From: an uncultured virus (IMG/VR IMGVR_UViG_3300045006_000529)
Taxonomy: Duplodnaviria; Heunggongvirae; Uroviricota; Caudoviricetes
Strand: one strand, 5' to 3'
IMG/VR virus record: IMGVR_UViG_3300045006_000529
DNA length: 64,000 nt
A program made the position numbers and the translations under genes. Position 1 is the first letter of the stretch, and each line of letters opens with the position of its first letter. Below are positions 18,224 to 27,200 of the stretch, piece after piece. The notes under the pieces are model-generated. The model saw nothing but the letters and a program-made list of their open reading frames with translations, was not told the origin of the DNA and did not search any database.

Positions 18224-20356
18224 ATGGCACCCTTTGTAAATCTGCATGTGCATACTGATGCTTCCCTATTAGATGGGATCATACAGGTAAGACACCTCGT
18301 TTCCAAGGTAAAACGGGAGGGGATGGATACAATTGCCATTACCGACCATGGGAACATGGCCAATGTCATCGAGTTCCATCAGGCGTGTTCCAAGGAGGGG
18401 ATCAAGGGTATTATTGGCGAAGAGTTCTACCTGGTAGACACCCACGATTTGGGGTCGCAGCAATACAGATTTCATCTTGTTTTACTGGCCAAGAATCTTC
18501 AGGGGTACCGCAACCTTCTGCTGCTTACCTCCATGGCAAACCGAGACGGCTTCTTCCAGAAGCCACAGATTGATAGAAAACTGCTCTCCAAACACAAGGA
18601 AGGCCTGATTTGCCTCTCTGCCTGCTTGCAAGGGGAGGTAGCCAGGCTTACCCTCTTCAACCACTACAATTCAGTGGGCGCTCAGCTAGACGAGAGGGAC
18701 TTTCCTTCCTCCTTTATGCAATCCTCACTAGTAAAGTCGCACTCCTCTGCAAGAGACGTAGTCCTCTTTTACCAGAACCTATTTGGTGAAGACTACTTCT
18801 TAGAGGTTATGGCAAATGGAATACCTGAACAGGACATCGCAAACCAAGCTGCCTTGGACCTGGCCAGTTCTCTCGGAATAGTCCCCGTCTTCACGTCGGA
18901 TGCACATTACTTAGTCCCGGAGGACAAGATAGCACATGAGGTTTGGTTGTGTAACCAAACCGGGGCTTTGTTGTCCGATCCAGACAGGGCTACCTGGGCC
19001 AAGCTGCCTTCTAATGTAAAGCCCCAGGTAAAGCCCCGTCTGTCATTCAGGGGAGATGCGTTCCTCTGGACACCTACCCTACTCGCTTCTGAGGAGCATC
19101 ATTCCAGGCTAGCTGGTTTAGAAGGAGCCATTGCCAACACCCAGCTCGTTGCCGATAGGTGTGAGCAGTTTTCTATCGATAGGGTATACTCGCTGCCAAA
19201 CTTCTCGACTCCTCTTGTAAGCTCTCAGTCTCAACTTTCTCAGAAGGCTTCCTCAGGACTGGCCAAGAAGTTCGGGGGAGGCCCCCAGAACGTTCCCAAA
19301 GAGTATCACGACCAGCTTCTCTATGAGCTTAACGTAGTTGAAGAGCTAGGGCTCGCAGACTACTTTCTGACCGTGGTTGATTACGTAGACTGGAGTAATG
19401 CCCAAGGGATGTTAATGGGGGCGGGGCGAGGATCTTCCGTAAGTTCCCTGATTCTTTACTCCCTGGATGTCACCAAGATAGATCCGATAAAGTACCAGCT
19501 GGTCTTCTCCAGGTTTCTTAACAGTGGTCGCAAGGGCTCGCTTCCGGACATCGATTTGGACTGGGGCCCGCCAGACAGACCCAAAGTAGTCGAGTATATC
19601 AGGAAAAGGTGGGGCCAGGACAACGCCTGTGAAATCTGCACGTTCCAAGAGGTAAAGGCCCGCCAGGCAGTTAGGGACGTGACCAGGATACTAGGTTTGC
19701 CTGTATGGGTGGGAGATGCTATCTCCAAGCACATCCCAGATCCCGGGAGAGACAAAACTCCCTCGTTCGAGGGAGCCGACAAGGACCCCTCGTGGGCTAC
19801 GTTTTTCTCATCCTTGCCTCAGGAGCACAAGCAGGTTGTAGAAATCGCTCGCAAGCTGGAGGGAGCCAAAAAGGCTATCTCTACACATGCTGGAGGGGTC
19901 ATTATCTCAGGAGACCCCCTGTGGTCCAGGGCACCGCTGATGAGAATTATTGACAAGAGGACCAAAAAGCCCAAGCTGATTACTGGCTATGACATGGACC
20001 ATTGCGAAGCAGTAGGGTTGGTCAAGTTCGACCTGCTATCTGTGATAGCTATCCAAACAGTAGGTGCAGTTCTCAATTCCATCCGCCTGCATACAGGAAA
20101 AGAAATTGCCCCTTATTCTATTCCCTTGGACGACAGCATGGTATGGGATACGTTCCGGCGCGGCGAAACGGAGGGTGTCTTCCAGTTCGACACTGCTGAC
20201 TCTCAGAGTGCAGGCACAATCTCTTCACTCGCCCAGAAGGTCGGTGTTACAGACCTGCGGGAGTTATCAGACGTAGTTGCCCTGTTCAGGCCCGGTACGC
20301 TGGACAACGATATGGACAAGATCTACCTTGCCAACAAACGCAATCAGAAGGGGTAG
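18224..20356 (+). CDS. dnaE: DNA polymerase III alpha subunit, N-terminal part (PHP, palm, part of fingers)
   Basis: LHVHT.ASLLDG, AITDHGN, HLVLLAKN..GY.NL, GRGS, PDIDLD catalytic motif, HAGG, KFDLL, GVFQF and ALFRPG, then a stop. Confidence 0.93.
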   Translation: MAPFVNLHVHTDASLLDGIIQVRHLVSKVKREGMDTIAITDHGNMANVIEFHQACSKEGIKGIIGEEFYLVDTHDLGSQQYRFHLVLLAKNLQGYRNLLLLTSMANRDGFFQKPQIDRKLLSKHKEGLICLSACLQGEVARLTLFNHYNSVGAQLDERDFPSSFMQSSLVKSHSSARDVVLFYQNLFGEDYFLEVMANGIPEQDIANQAALDLASSLGIVPVFTSDAHYLVPEDKIAHEVWLCNQTGALLSDPDRATWAKLPSNVKPQVKPRLSFRGDAFLWTPTLLASEEHHSRLAGLEGAIANTQLVADRCEQFSIDRVYSLPNFSTPLVSSQSQLSQKASSGLAKKFGGGPQNVPKEYHDQLLYELNVVEELGLADYFLTVVDYVDWSNAQGMLMGAGRGSSVSSLILYSLDVTKIDPIKYQLVFSRFLNSGRKGSLPDIDLDWGPPDRPKVVEYIRKRWGQDNACEICTFQEVKARQAVRDVTRILGLPVWVGDAISKHIPDPGRDKTPSFEGADKDPSWATFFSSLPQEHKQVVEIARKLEGAKKAISTHAGGVIISGDPLWSRAPLMRIIDKRTKKPKLITGYDMDHCEAVGLVKFDLLSVIAIQTVGAVLNSIRLHTGKEIAPYSIPLDDSMVWDTFRRGETEGVFQFDTADSQSAGTISSLAQKVGVTDLRELSDVVALFRPGTLDNDMDKIYLANKRNQKG

Positions 20357-20360
20357 GATA

Positions 20361-20732
20361 ATGAGCGACTCCATCTCGATACAGTTCAGAAATGGTTCCC
20401 ACGTGAGTGTAGCCTTCTTCAGTTTACACGACGGTAGGGCTCTTCTCAGACCTGTGAAAGAGTACTTGAAGGAGCTAGACAGCCACCAGGAGGAGAATAA
20501 AGGGAAAAAGCCAGGGTCTGATTCCCTAATTAGAAGGGACCCTGAGACAGTAATGGTTGATTTCATCGCCTGGTTTTTGGGGAAGAACCGCTCCAAGGCG
20601 TGTGACTACTGTCTTGGTGTTGATGGGGAAGCTGACGACAACTCTGACAATGGAAATTTTGTCATTGACCTGAAGAGCAAGCACCCAGTGGAGGACTGCA
20701 TCCTCAAACAACACGGCTTGTTGGATGACTGA
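20361..20732 (+). CDS. hypothetical protein inside split dnaE
   Basis: ATG 4 nt after the dnaE-N stop; lacks the class-1 tail. Confidence 0.6.
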   Translation: MSDSISIQFRNGSHVSVAFFSLHDGRALLRPVKEYLKELDSHQEENKGKKPGSDSLIRRDPETVMVDFIAWFLGKNRSKACDYCLGVDGEADDNSDNGNFVIDLKSKHPVEDCILKQHGLLDD

Positions 20733-21123
20733 CAATACACCCCCCACGGAACCTATCCCGATACTACAGGGTCCAGACTACGAGGTAGTCCTTCTCCCAA
20801 AAGAAGGAATATCCACTCTCGACTTCTACATACTACTCCTGGGCGACGTACAGGAGAGGAAAGATAGGATGAGAAGGGCAAGGCAGGATTATCCAGATGG
20901 ATATATGGGGGGGGATCCCTTTCTTACCAGTGAGGAGATGTTGCGCAAAGACGTCCTCCTCAAAGCGAGGGAGGCACTCGCGGAAAAGGGTATTCTGCTG
21001 GATGGTCCCCTGAAAGGCTGGTCTCTTCAGGAAGGTTGGTCCCTCCAGGATTGCGCAGCCTGCTTTCCGCACTTTCTGGGCGAGGACAGGTTTTCCTCCC
21101 TCATCTCCCTGGTTGCTCTCTAG
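20725..21123 (+). CDS. class-1 tail protein (FPHFLGEDRFSSLISLVAL*)
   Basis: Tail register; IL....EV.L...Y.L and PFLTSEEM shared with neighbours. Confidence 0.7.
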   Translation: MTDNTPPTEPIPILQGPDYEVVLLPKEGISTLDFYILLLGDVQERKDRMRRARQDYPDGYMGGDPFLTSEEMLRKDVLLKAREALAEKGILLDGPLKGWSLQEGWSLQDCAACFPHFLGEDRFSSLISLVAL

Positions 21124-21124
21124 C

Positions 21125-21520
21125 ATGGAATCCGCACTTATATTACAAACTGACACCTGCAGCCTGTTTCTCCTGCCTGGAGACGGCACCAATGGGCTCT
21201 ATTTCCTTATTCCAAGCGTCCTTTATGATTCTAGGAAGGAGCTTCAAGGGCTAATCCAGCATGCCGAGATGTATTTCCTTAGTAAGGGACCTTATCCTCC
21301 CTCTGGCCTCTCAGCCGAGATACCCTATCTCTATACCGTAGAGATAAGAAAGGAGAGCCACCTGTTTCTGAAGGACGCCCATCTTCTCTTGTGCGCAAGA
21401 GATCCATCCTCTCCCCTAGAGGGCCTGGATTTCAGAATGGCCCTCAACTGTTTTGCCGCCTTTCTATTCTACTTAGGCAGGGAGAGGGTTGAAGACATAA
21501 TACATATGGAGATGCTCTAG
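21125..21520 (+). CDS. class-1 tail protein (FLFYLGRERVEDIIHMEML*)
   Basis: ILQTD.C.L...Y.LIP motif plus tail. Confidence 0.7.
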   Translation: MESALILQTDTCSLFLLPGDGTNGLYFLIPSVLYDSRKELQGLIQHAEMYFLSKGPYPPSGLSAEIPYLYTVEIRKESHLFLKDAHLLLCARDPSSPLEGLDFRMALNCFAAFLFYLGRERVEDIIHMEML

Positions 21521-22080
21521 TGGACATCATGCTCAAGACGCCATCGTGCGACCTGGCACTGATCTCCGTTGGGTCCGGGAACAGGGCTTATGTACTCACT
21601 CCGCGGAAGAAAGAACATCCAGGACCTGATCGATCTGGAGAAGCTGTAGTGTCTCACGTATTCATACTCATACTTGAGACACCTGACTGTGCTGTTTTTG
21701 GGACACCTTACACTTGCCCAGACAGCGGAAGAGGCACCCTCTATACACTAGTGCCTTCTGGCTTACTGGGGGCTTCTAGGGGGGAGGCAACTCTTGAACA
21801 ACAGGGGCGATACTATGAAAGCGGTGCTGTGGCAGAAGTGGTCTTTCCCCTCCCCTACCTGACTTCGCCCGAACTACAGAGCATTGTTCACGGGAGAGTT
21901 ATTGTTGGAACGGCCCCGATGTCCGAAGGACTACACCTGCTTGGCTATTTGGAGGGTCAGGTAAATCAGGTGCTATTCTCTCCCCTTCACGTGCTTGGTT
22001 TCAAGACGTCCGCTAGGTGTTTCGTGCACTTCCTTGGTATGGACAAGCTCCGAGAGCTGGCGTCTTTAGACGCCCTGTAG
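21520..22080 (+). CDS. class-1 tail protein with duplicated N-terminal motif (FVHFLGMDKLRELASLDAL*)
   Basis: MLKTPSCD..RAYVLTP and ILETPDCA..TLYTLVP occur in tandem; FP.PYLTS.E; tail. Confidence 0.7.
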   Translation: MDIMLKTPSCDLALISVGSGNRAYVLTPRKKEHPGPDRSGEAVVSHVFILILETPDCAVFGTPYTCPDSGRGTLYTLVPSGLLGASRGEATLEQQGRYYESGAVAEVVFPLPYLTSPELQSIVHGRVIVGTAPMSEGLHLLGYLEGQVNQVLFSPLHVLGFKTSARCFVHFLGMDKLRELASLDAL

Positions 22081-22113
22081 GCGGGAGATAATCAATGGGT
22101 CCCCCCCACTATT

Positions 22114-22563
22114 GTGATGAAGAACAAAAACTTTCAGGTAGCAGCATGGCCAGCCCTAGTCGAGAACTCAGGGGAAGCCCTTTTTCTTCTATTCCCTAGC
22201 ACGGAGGATTACAGCAGCTGGCTAGGCATATTAGGGGTGCCATTTGTTGTCCCCCTTTTACCCAAACTTACCACTGTTATGCACCCTGGTGTGTACGAGG
22301 CGGATGCAGTCGTCAGTACTGGATTCCCATTCCCTTTTCTGTTTGATAGGGAGCTGATTCAGTTTTTAAAGACGCCAATTCCTGACGTTATCAAGAGTGA
22401 GGATCTTCTTGCTAGGGCAACACTTCTGCTTGAAGGTCCTTCTCGGGGGCGCAGTATCCCTCCGGAAAGTGCGTGGAGAGACCTTGCTACGTGCGCAGCT
22501 GCCTTCCTCGTAGCGATGGGACAGGAAGAGTGTACCAGGCTCGTCGAAGCCGCGACACTTTGA
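22114..22563 (+). CDS. class-1 tail protein (FLVAMGQEECTRLVEAATL*)
   Basis: FPFPFL..E motif plus tail. Confidence 0.65.
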   Translation: MMKNKNFQVAAWPALVENSGEALFLLFPSTEDYSSWLGILGVPFVVPLLPKLTTVMHPGVYEADAVVSTGFPFPFLFDRELIQFLKTPIPDVIKSEDLLARATLLLEGPSRGRSIPPESAWRDLATCAAAFLVAMGQEECTRLVEAATL

Positions 22564-22579
22564 TGGGGCGCCTACAGCA

Positions 22580-23053
22580 ATGGTTATTGTACTTAGGACT
22601 GACTACTGTGAAGTAGCCCTGTTGGAGGGGAGTGCTACTCCTCCTAAGAGAACATATATCCTTGTTCCCCCTGATCTCCTCTCCTCTGCATCTGGAAGAG
22701 CCCTCTGGAGGCACCAGGAGAGCTATCACACTATGCTAGATATAGGGGGGCCCTTGCCTCCTTTGCTCTTTCCTTTCATAACGTCTGACGAAATGGCGCT
22801 TGGGAACCTCCTAGCTGTTGCTAGCCGCAACTTGGAAGCGTACCTGATTCCCCTGCTCAATCGAATGAAACTTAACTACCGGCCCGACTTCCTCTACCTT
22901 ATGACTGCCATCCACTTGCATCTAGAGAAGGAGTATCGCCCTGTCCAATCGTTCCGCTCAGTTGTGAGAAGCTGGGGGCTGTCCTGTTCCCTATTTCTGT
23001 ATGCTCTAGGTATTGACAGTCTGAAAGACCTCATCGCTCTGGAGCGCCTCTAA
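22580..23053 (+). CDS. class-1 tail protein (FLYALGIDSLKDLIALERL*)
   Basis: Close paralog of the next ORF (VL.TD..EV, GR.LW..QE.YH, FPF.TS.EM). Confidence 0.75.
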   Translation: MVIVLRTDYCEVALLEGSATPPKRTYILVPPDLLSSASGRALWRHQESYHTMLDIGGPLPPLLFPFITSDEMALGNLLAVASRNLEAYLIPLLNRMKLNYRPDFLYLMTAIHLHLEKEYRPVQSFRSVVRSWGLSCSLFLYALGIDSLKDLIALERL

Positions 23054-23498
23054 CGATGATTACCGTGCTCAAAACTGACCTTTGGGAAGTAGTCGTGATA
23101 GACAGGACTAGTATCCGTCGCCCTGATAGGATATATGTTCTCATCCCCTCACTCCTCCTCTCGACAGAACGTGGAAGACACTTGTGGAAGTGTCAAGAAG
23201 ACTATCACCTCAGCTGGGCTGGCTCCTTGCCAGAGGTCCCCTTCCCTTTTCTGACGTCTGGAGAGATGACGGATGAATCTTTTGAGGCAAACGCCTCTTG
23301 GTCTCTAAAGATCTACCTAGAGCCCTTATTGTCGCACCCAAATTGGAAGATACTTGGTTCTAGGCCAGACCTCTTACTAGATGGTGTTGTGAGGGAGCCT
23401 GCCTTCAAGGGCCATGTGGGTACCCTGCACATGTCAGCTGGTCTCTTCTTACATATTCTTGGCACCGATGGGCTAAGGAGCCTCATCGCTCTGGAGCG
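23029..23498 (+). repeat. 18-bp direct repeat CCTCATCGCTCTGGAGCG at 23029-23046 and 23481-23498
   Basis: Exact match seen; encodes LIALER in both paralogs and supplies the GGAG RBS of each downstream gene. Confidence 0.85.
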
Positions 23499-23505
23499 TC
23501 TTTAA
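23056..23505 (+). CDS. class-1 tail protein (FLHILGTDGLRSLIALERL*)
   Basis: Close paralog of the previous ORF; its stop overlaps the dnaE-C start (TAATG). Confidence 0.75.
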   Translation: MITVLKTDLWEVVVIDRTSIRRPDRIYVLIPSLLLSTERGRHLWKCQEDYHLSWAGSLPEVPFPFLTSGEMTDESFEANASWSLKIYLEPLLSHPNWKILGSRPDLLLDGVVREPAFKGHVGTLHMSAGLFLHILGTDGLRSLIALERL

Positions 23506-24731
23506 TGGACGAGCTAATTACGAAAGTCCTGGACATTCCAGTAGTTAAAGACCTGACGAGGGACACTTATGGTGTGCTCCTTTACCAAGAGCAGGTCATC
23601 CGCCTCGTCTCTGAGGTTGCAGGATTCTCCCTGGAGGAAGCCGATACCGTCAGGAAGGCCATTGGTAAAAAGGATAGTGCAAAGATGAACAGCCTCCGAG
23701 AGGCATTCATCCAAGGGGCCCTCAGCCGGGGATATACAGAAGAGCAGGCCTCTAATGTATTCACTGTACTATATCGCTACTCTGACTATAGCTTCAACCT
23801 GTCTCACTCGCTGGCGTACTCCTATCTTTCGTATATAACAGCCTATCTCAAGACTCACTATCCTGCGATTTTCATCTCCGAGTCTATCAACGTGAGGCTT
23901 GACAAAGATGCCGCACACCGAGAGAAGGCTATTCAGCACATGCTTAGGGAGGCCGGACGTAGAAGAATAGAGATAGTGTTTCCCGATCTGCAAACGAGCC
24001 TTGCTCTTTGTCATGTGCAGCAAGACAAGGTAGTACTTGGCCTGTGTTGCATCAGGGGCCTTGATAGTAAGTATGCTGCCAAGATCGTAGCAGCCCGTCA
24101 CTCAGGGGGGCGCTTCAGGACGCTTCTTGACTTCTGCCAGCGTACCTGGGAGGACAGGAATTATAAGGGAGATACTACGTTACTGATTCAAGCCGGAGTA
24201 CTCGACAGCCTAGGTCATCCTCGGAAAGTCATGGTCGAAGCCCTCAAGGGTATCGAAAAGGCACTGAAGAAAGAAAGCAAGGTGCTTCCTGGCGAGATGG
24301 CCTTATTCGACCTATCCGGCTCGGAAACAAAACTCCCCCACGAAGTAGGGGAGTACACTCCTAAGGAGAGGGTCGAACTAGAGAAGGCAGCTTACGGTTT
24401 CTACCTAATGGGACACCCGCTTGAGTTGGTTAGCCCGCCCGACTCATGCTTTCTCACCCTCAGAGACGCGGTGGAAAGCAGCCTCCCGATTGTGTCGATT
24501 TCTGTGCTACCTCTCCGCATTAAGGAACACCGAGACAGGAGGGGGGGAGACATGGCTTTTCTGGACTGCGAAGACATAGATGGAGACTTGGTCAGTGTAA
24601 CAGTCTTTTCCTCAACCTGGGCTGGTATTAAGAGCAAAGTCCAGGGGGGCCAGCCCCTGCTGGTATCCGGCCGGATTGAGCGGGGAGACCGAACTTCTGT
24701 AACAGCTACCCAGGTTGTACCAATGACTTAG
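23505..24731 (+). CDS. dnaE: DNA polymerase III alpha subunit, C-terminal part (fingers, HhH, OB)
   Basis: TYGVLLYQEQV, AGFSLEEAD.VRKAIGKK, YSFN.SHS.AY, YLKTHYP, GL..IRGL, E..A.GFYL.GHPL and OB-fold MAFL..ED. Confidence 0.93.
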   Translation: MDELITKVLDIPVVKDLTRDTYGVLLYQEQVIRLVSEVAGFSLEEADTVRKAIGKKDSAKMNSLREAFIQGALSRGYTEEQASNVFTVLYRYSDYSFNLSHSLAYSYLSYITAYLKTHYPAIFISESINVRLDKDAAHREKAIQHMLREAGRRRIEIVFPDLQTSLALCHVQQDKVVLGLCCIRGLDSKYAAKIVAARHSGGRFRTLLDFCQRTWEDRNYKGDTTLLIQAGVLDSLGHPRKVMVEALKGIEKALKKESKVLPGEMALFDLSGSETKLPHEVGEYTPKERVELEKAAYGFYLMGHPLELVSPPDSCFLTLRDAVESSLPIVSISVLPLRIKEHRDRRGGDMAFLDCEDIDGDLVSVTVFSSTWAGIKSKVQGGQPLLVSGRIERGDRTSVTATQVVPMT

Positions 24732-24744
24732 ACAGTGCTACAAT
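24715..24744 (+). promoter_or_regulatory. possible sigma70-type promoter
   Basis: TTGTAC, an 18-nt spacer ending TGC (extended -10), then TACAAT, upstream of the metallophosphoesterase RBS. Confidence 0.4.
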
Positions 24745-24794
24745 GACGTATGTTTTTCACCTGCGGCCTGCCGCTTGTCCTCAAGGAGAATTGA

Positions 24795-25949
24795 ATGTCT
24801 TGTACTGAACAGCAAATTACGAGCTTTGTAAAAGCCCGCCTTGCGAAGGGGTTCTCATTTCAGAAGATCAAGTCACACGCCAGAGAAGAGTATGGTTATA
24901 CACTAAGCCATGATAGATTCTGGAAGATCTACACTGACTTCATCAGCCACCTTGCTGGGGAATCCGTCAGTCCGGCGGAAAAGACCCCCGCCAGCGTGCC
25001 TGATGTGAGCGAAGCAGCTCGTCTGAAGATTGAGCGGGAGTATGCCAGCAAGATCTTAGATATGGCCCGCTCTTCCCTGAAGGTACCCAAGCTGAAGGAG
25101 GCTCGTCTCGCCAAAACCTCCGATGGTGAGACTGTTCATATTGACATCGGAGATTTACATCATGGCCAGCTAATTAACGCAGGCGATGGAACCCCTATCT
25201 ATTCCAGCCGCATTGCTAAGGACAGGCTGATCTCTTCCTATTTGCCTGCCATCATCGAGTTTGTCGCTGCTGGAAGAGACGTCAAGGATGTATTCTTCAA
25301 CCTGTTGGGAGACATAATCGACGGGGAGATCGTCTGGGCCGGTCAGCACGGAGCTATCGACCAGGTCACGTTCTTCCAGTTGGAAGATATTATCCCAATT
25401 CTGTGGACTATGATTGTCACCATTGCCCACCAATTTCCCTCCCTCAGAGCTGTTAACGTCCGAGCCATCCCGGGAAATCATGGTAGGATGTCTCCCAAAG
25501 ACAAGACAATTGGTCAGGCCAAAGTGAACAATTGGGATAATGTTGTATATCATACTTTGGCTTTTGCTGCTTCTGTGTATAACAAGGAAAGGAAGGGAAA
25601 GGGAGTACCTATTCTTGTTGACTATGCTACACTGGAGCCCTTGAACTATGAAGCAGGTGGCATTCGCATGCACCTGCGTCACTATAACCCTGATGGGGCA
25701 AATGCCCCCTCTAAGAAGGCCTACTTCGCCCAGCAGTATCTGATTCATGCCTATGATATGGTTCACCAGGGGCACTGGCACAAATGTGAGGTCCACGAGT
25801 TTAGTGGGCTGACGATTATCCAGAACGGAGCCCTTTCGGAGAGAAGCGAATACGCCGAGAAGTTGGGGTTGACCGCGTTGCCTTCCCAGATGCTCTTAGC
25901 TACTAGACCAGAACGTCCCGTATCCAGGTTGACCAGGGTTGACTTCTAG
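24795..25949 (+). CDS. calcineurin-like metallophosphoesterase with N-terminal helical domain
   Basis: GDLHHG, LGDIIDGE, PGNHGR, RH and GHWH motifs; AAGGAG RBS. Confidence 0.85.
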   Translation: MSCTEQQITSFVKARLAKGFSFQKIKSHAREEYGYTLSHDRFWKIYTDFISHLAGESVSPAEKTPASVPDVSEAARLKIEREYASKILDMARSSLKVPKLKEARLAKTSDGETVHIDIGDLHHGQLINAGDGTPIYSSRIAKDRLISSYLPAIIEFVAAGRDVKDVFFNLLGDIIDGEIVWAGQHGAIDQVTFFQLEDIIPILWTMIVTIAHQFPSLRAVNVRAIPGNHGRMSPKDKTIGQAKVNNWDNVVYHTLAFAASVYNKERKGKGVPILVDYATLEPLNYEAGGIRMHLRHYNPDGANAPSKKAYFAQQYLIHAYDMVHQGHWHKCEVHEFSGLTIIQNGALSERSEYAEKLGLTALPSQMLLATRPERPVSRLTRVDF

Positions 25950-25964
25950 AGGCAGGGACAAGAT

Positions 25965-26435
25965 ATGACACATCCCGCCTGGGACGAGATAACGTGCTGG
26001 AGATGCAACGGACATGGAATAGTGTCCAGTTACGGGGCAAACGACTTTCTGGGTCCTGCTGTGTGTGACAAGTGTGAGGGGAATGGCATTCTGTTTTTGC
26101 ATAAGAAGACCAATACGCTGGCCCTCTATCCTGGAGGGCCACTTTGTGGAAGGATGGAGAGGATGCCCGAACCAGACGGTAAGATAGCTGGAGACCCAGA
26201 GTTGATCCTAAAGCAGGTGCTAGCCGAACGCGACGAGCTTCTGGATGCCCTGGAAGACGTAACAAACCAGGCCTGCTTTATAAAAGATCCCGTTCACGGA
26301 GAGTGTCTGGACTCAGGAGCCCTCTCCGCTTACGCAGATGCTTTGAACATGCTAGCTAAGTATGGGATCGTTGAGATCATCGAGGCACACGGAAGGCGTG
26401 TCACTGCTAAGAAGGTACAAAGGAGACAACCCTGA
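25965..26435 (+). CDS. CxxCxGxG zinc-finger protein
   Basis: CWRCNGHG and CDKCEGNG. Confidence 0.6.
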   Translation: MTHPAWDEITCWRCNGHGIVSSYGANDFLGPAVCDKCEGNGILFLHKKTNTLALYPGGPLCGRMERMPEPDGKIAGDPELILKQVLAERDELLDALEDVTNQACFIKDPVHGECLDSGALSAYADALNMLAKYGIVEIIEAHGRRVTAKKVQRRQP

Positions 26436-26514
26436 TAAACAAAGAGGAACTTGCGAGGATCGAGGCGCTGGCGGGAGAGAATTACTTCAGCACTGGAACA
26501 ACAAGGAGAAACAA

Positions 26515-27200
26515 ATGATCCCTCAAATCAAGCGTCTGACTGAGGATCTTGATACCCTTATGAATGCATCCGCAGAGAACGTATCTGTGCCTCTCACCCT
26601 TGTCGCGAGGGCGATAAGGAGTGGTATGGCACGCATCAACACTGATGGTACAGGAGGCTCTCGGTACGTGACCACCGGAGATCATGTAGAGACATTGTGC
26701 ATCACGCCGGATCTCTCCCCATTGCACTACGAGGCTCTGCTAATTCTTGTTGAGGAGTACATCCTGAAGAGAGTCCTGCACGCGACTCCTGGAATCAGAG
26801 ACCTCCTCTTCGCACTATCTAACGATTACAAATCCCTGCTCGGCATTACTGAATGAAGAGCCATTGCAGGAGACGGCAGCAGATTAAAGGGCTCTCTTTG
26901 ATAAAGGAGCTTGTTATCAAAGGGCTCAGAGTCAGGGGGTCAAGGCTGTCTCAGGCTGATGGGCTTAGCAAGGCCGAGCTTTTTCTCGGGTGCCCAAATG
27001 ATTATTCCGACACCTGCTCCGCTGGGTGGGATTGTATTGGGGTAAGACATGGCCTCTGGCCACACGGATGCGGCCTTTACAGACCCAAGGGGAGGAGACT
27101 TACCCTGTGCGCCGTGATCTCTAGGCCCCTCAGGAGATACAAAGCGTGGTGGCTCGCTGCCATGTCTGAGATAAGTTCAACTATCTGCAAGCCTAGGTGA
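26515..27200 (+). CDS. two hypothetical ORFs (~26515-26856, 26853-27200)
   Basis: AAGGAG RBS before MIPQ; ATGA/GTGA coupling. Confidence 0.5.

Noticed and set aside
20300..23560. Split intein, group I/II intron or excisable element in dnaE
   Set aside because: Neither half has intein sequence or an HN-[CST] junction. The interval is almost fully protein-coding with no room for a ribozyme core, and I saw no recombinase, homing endonuclease or junction repeat.
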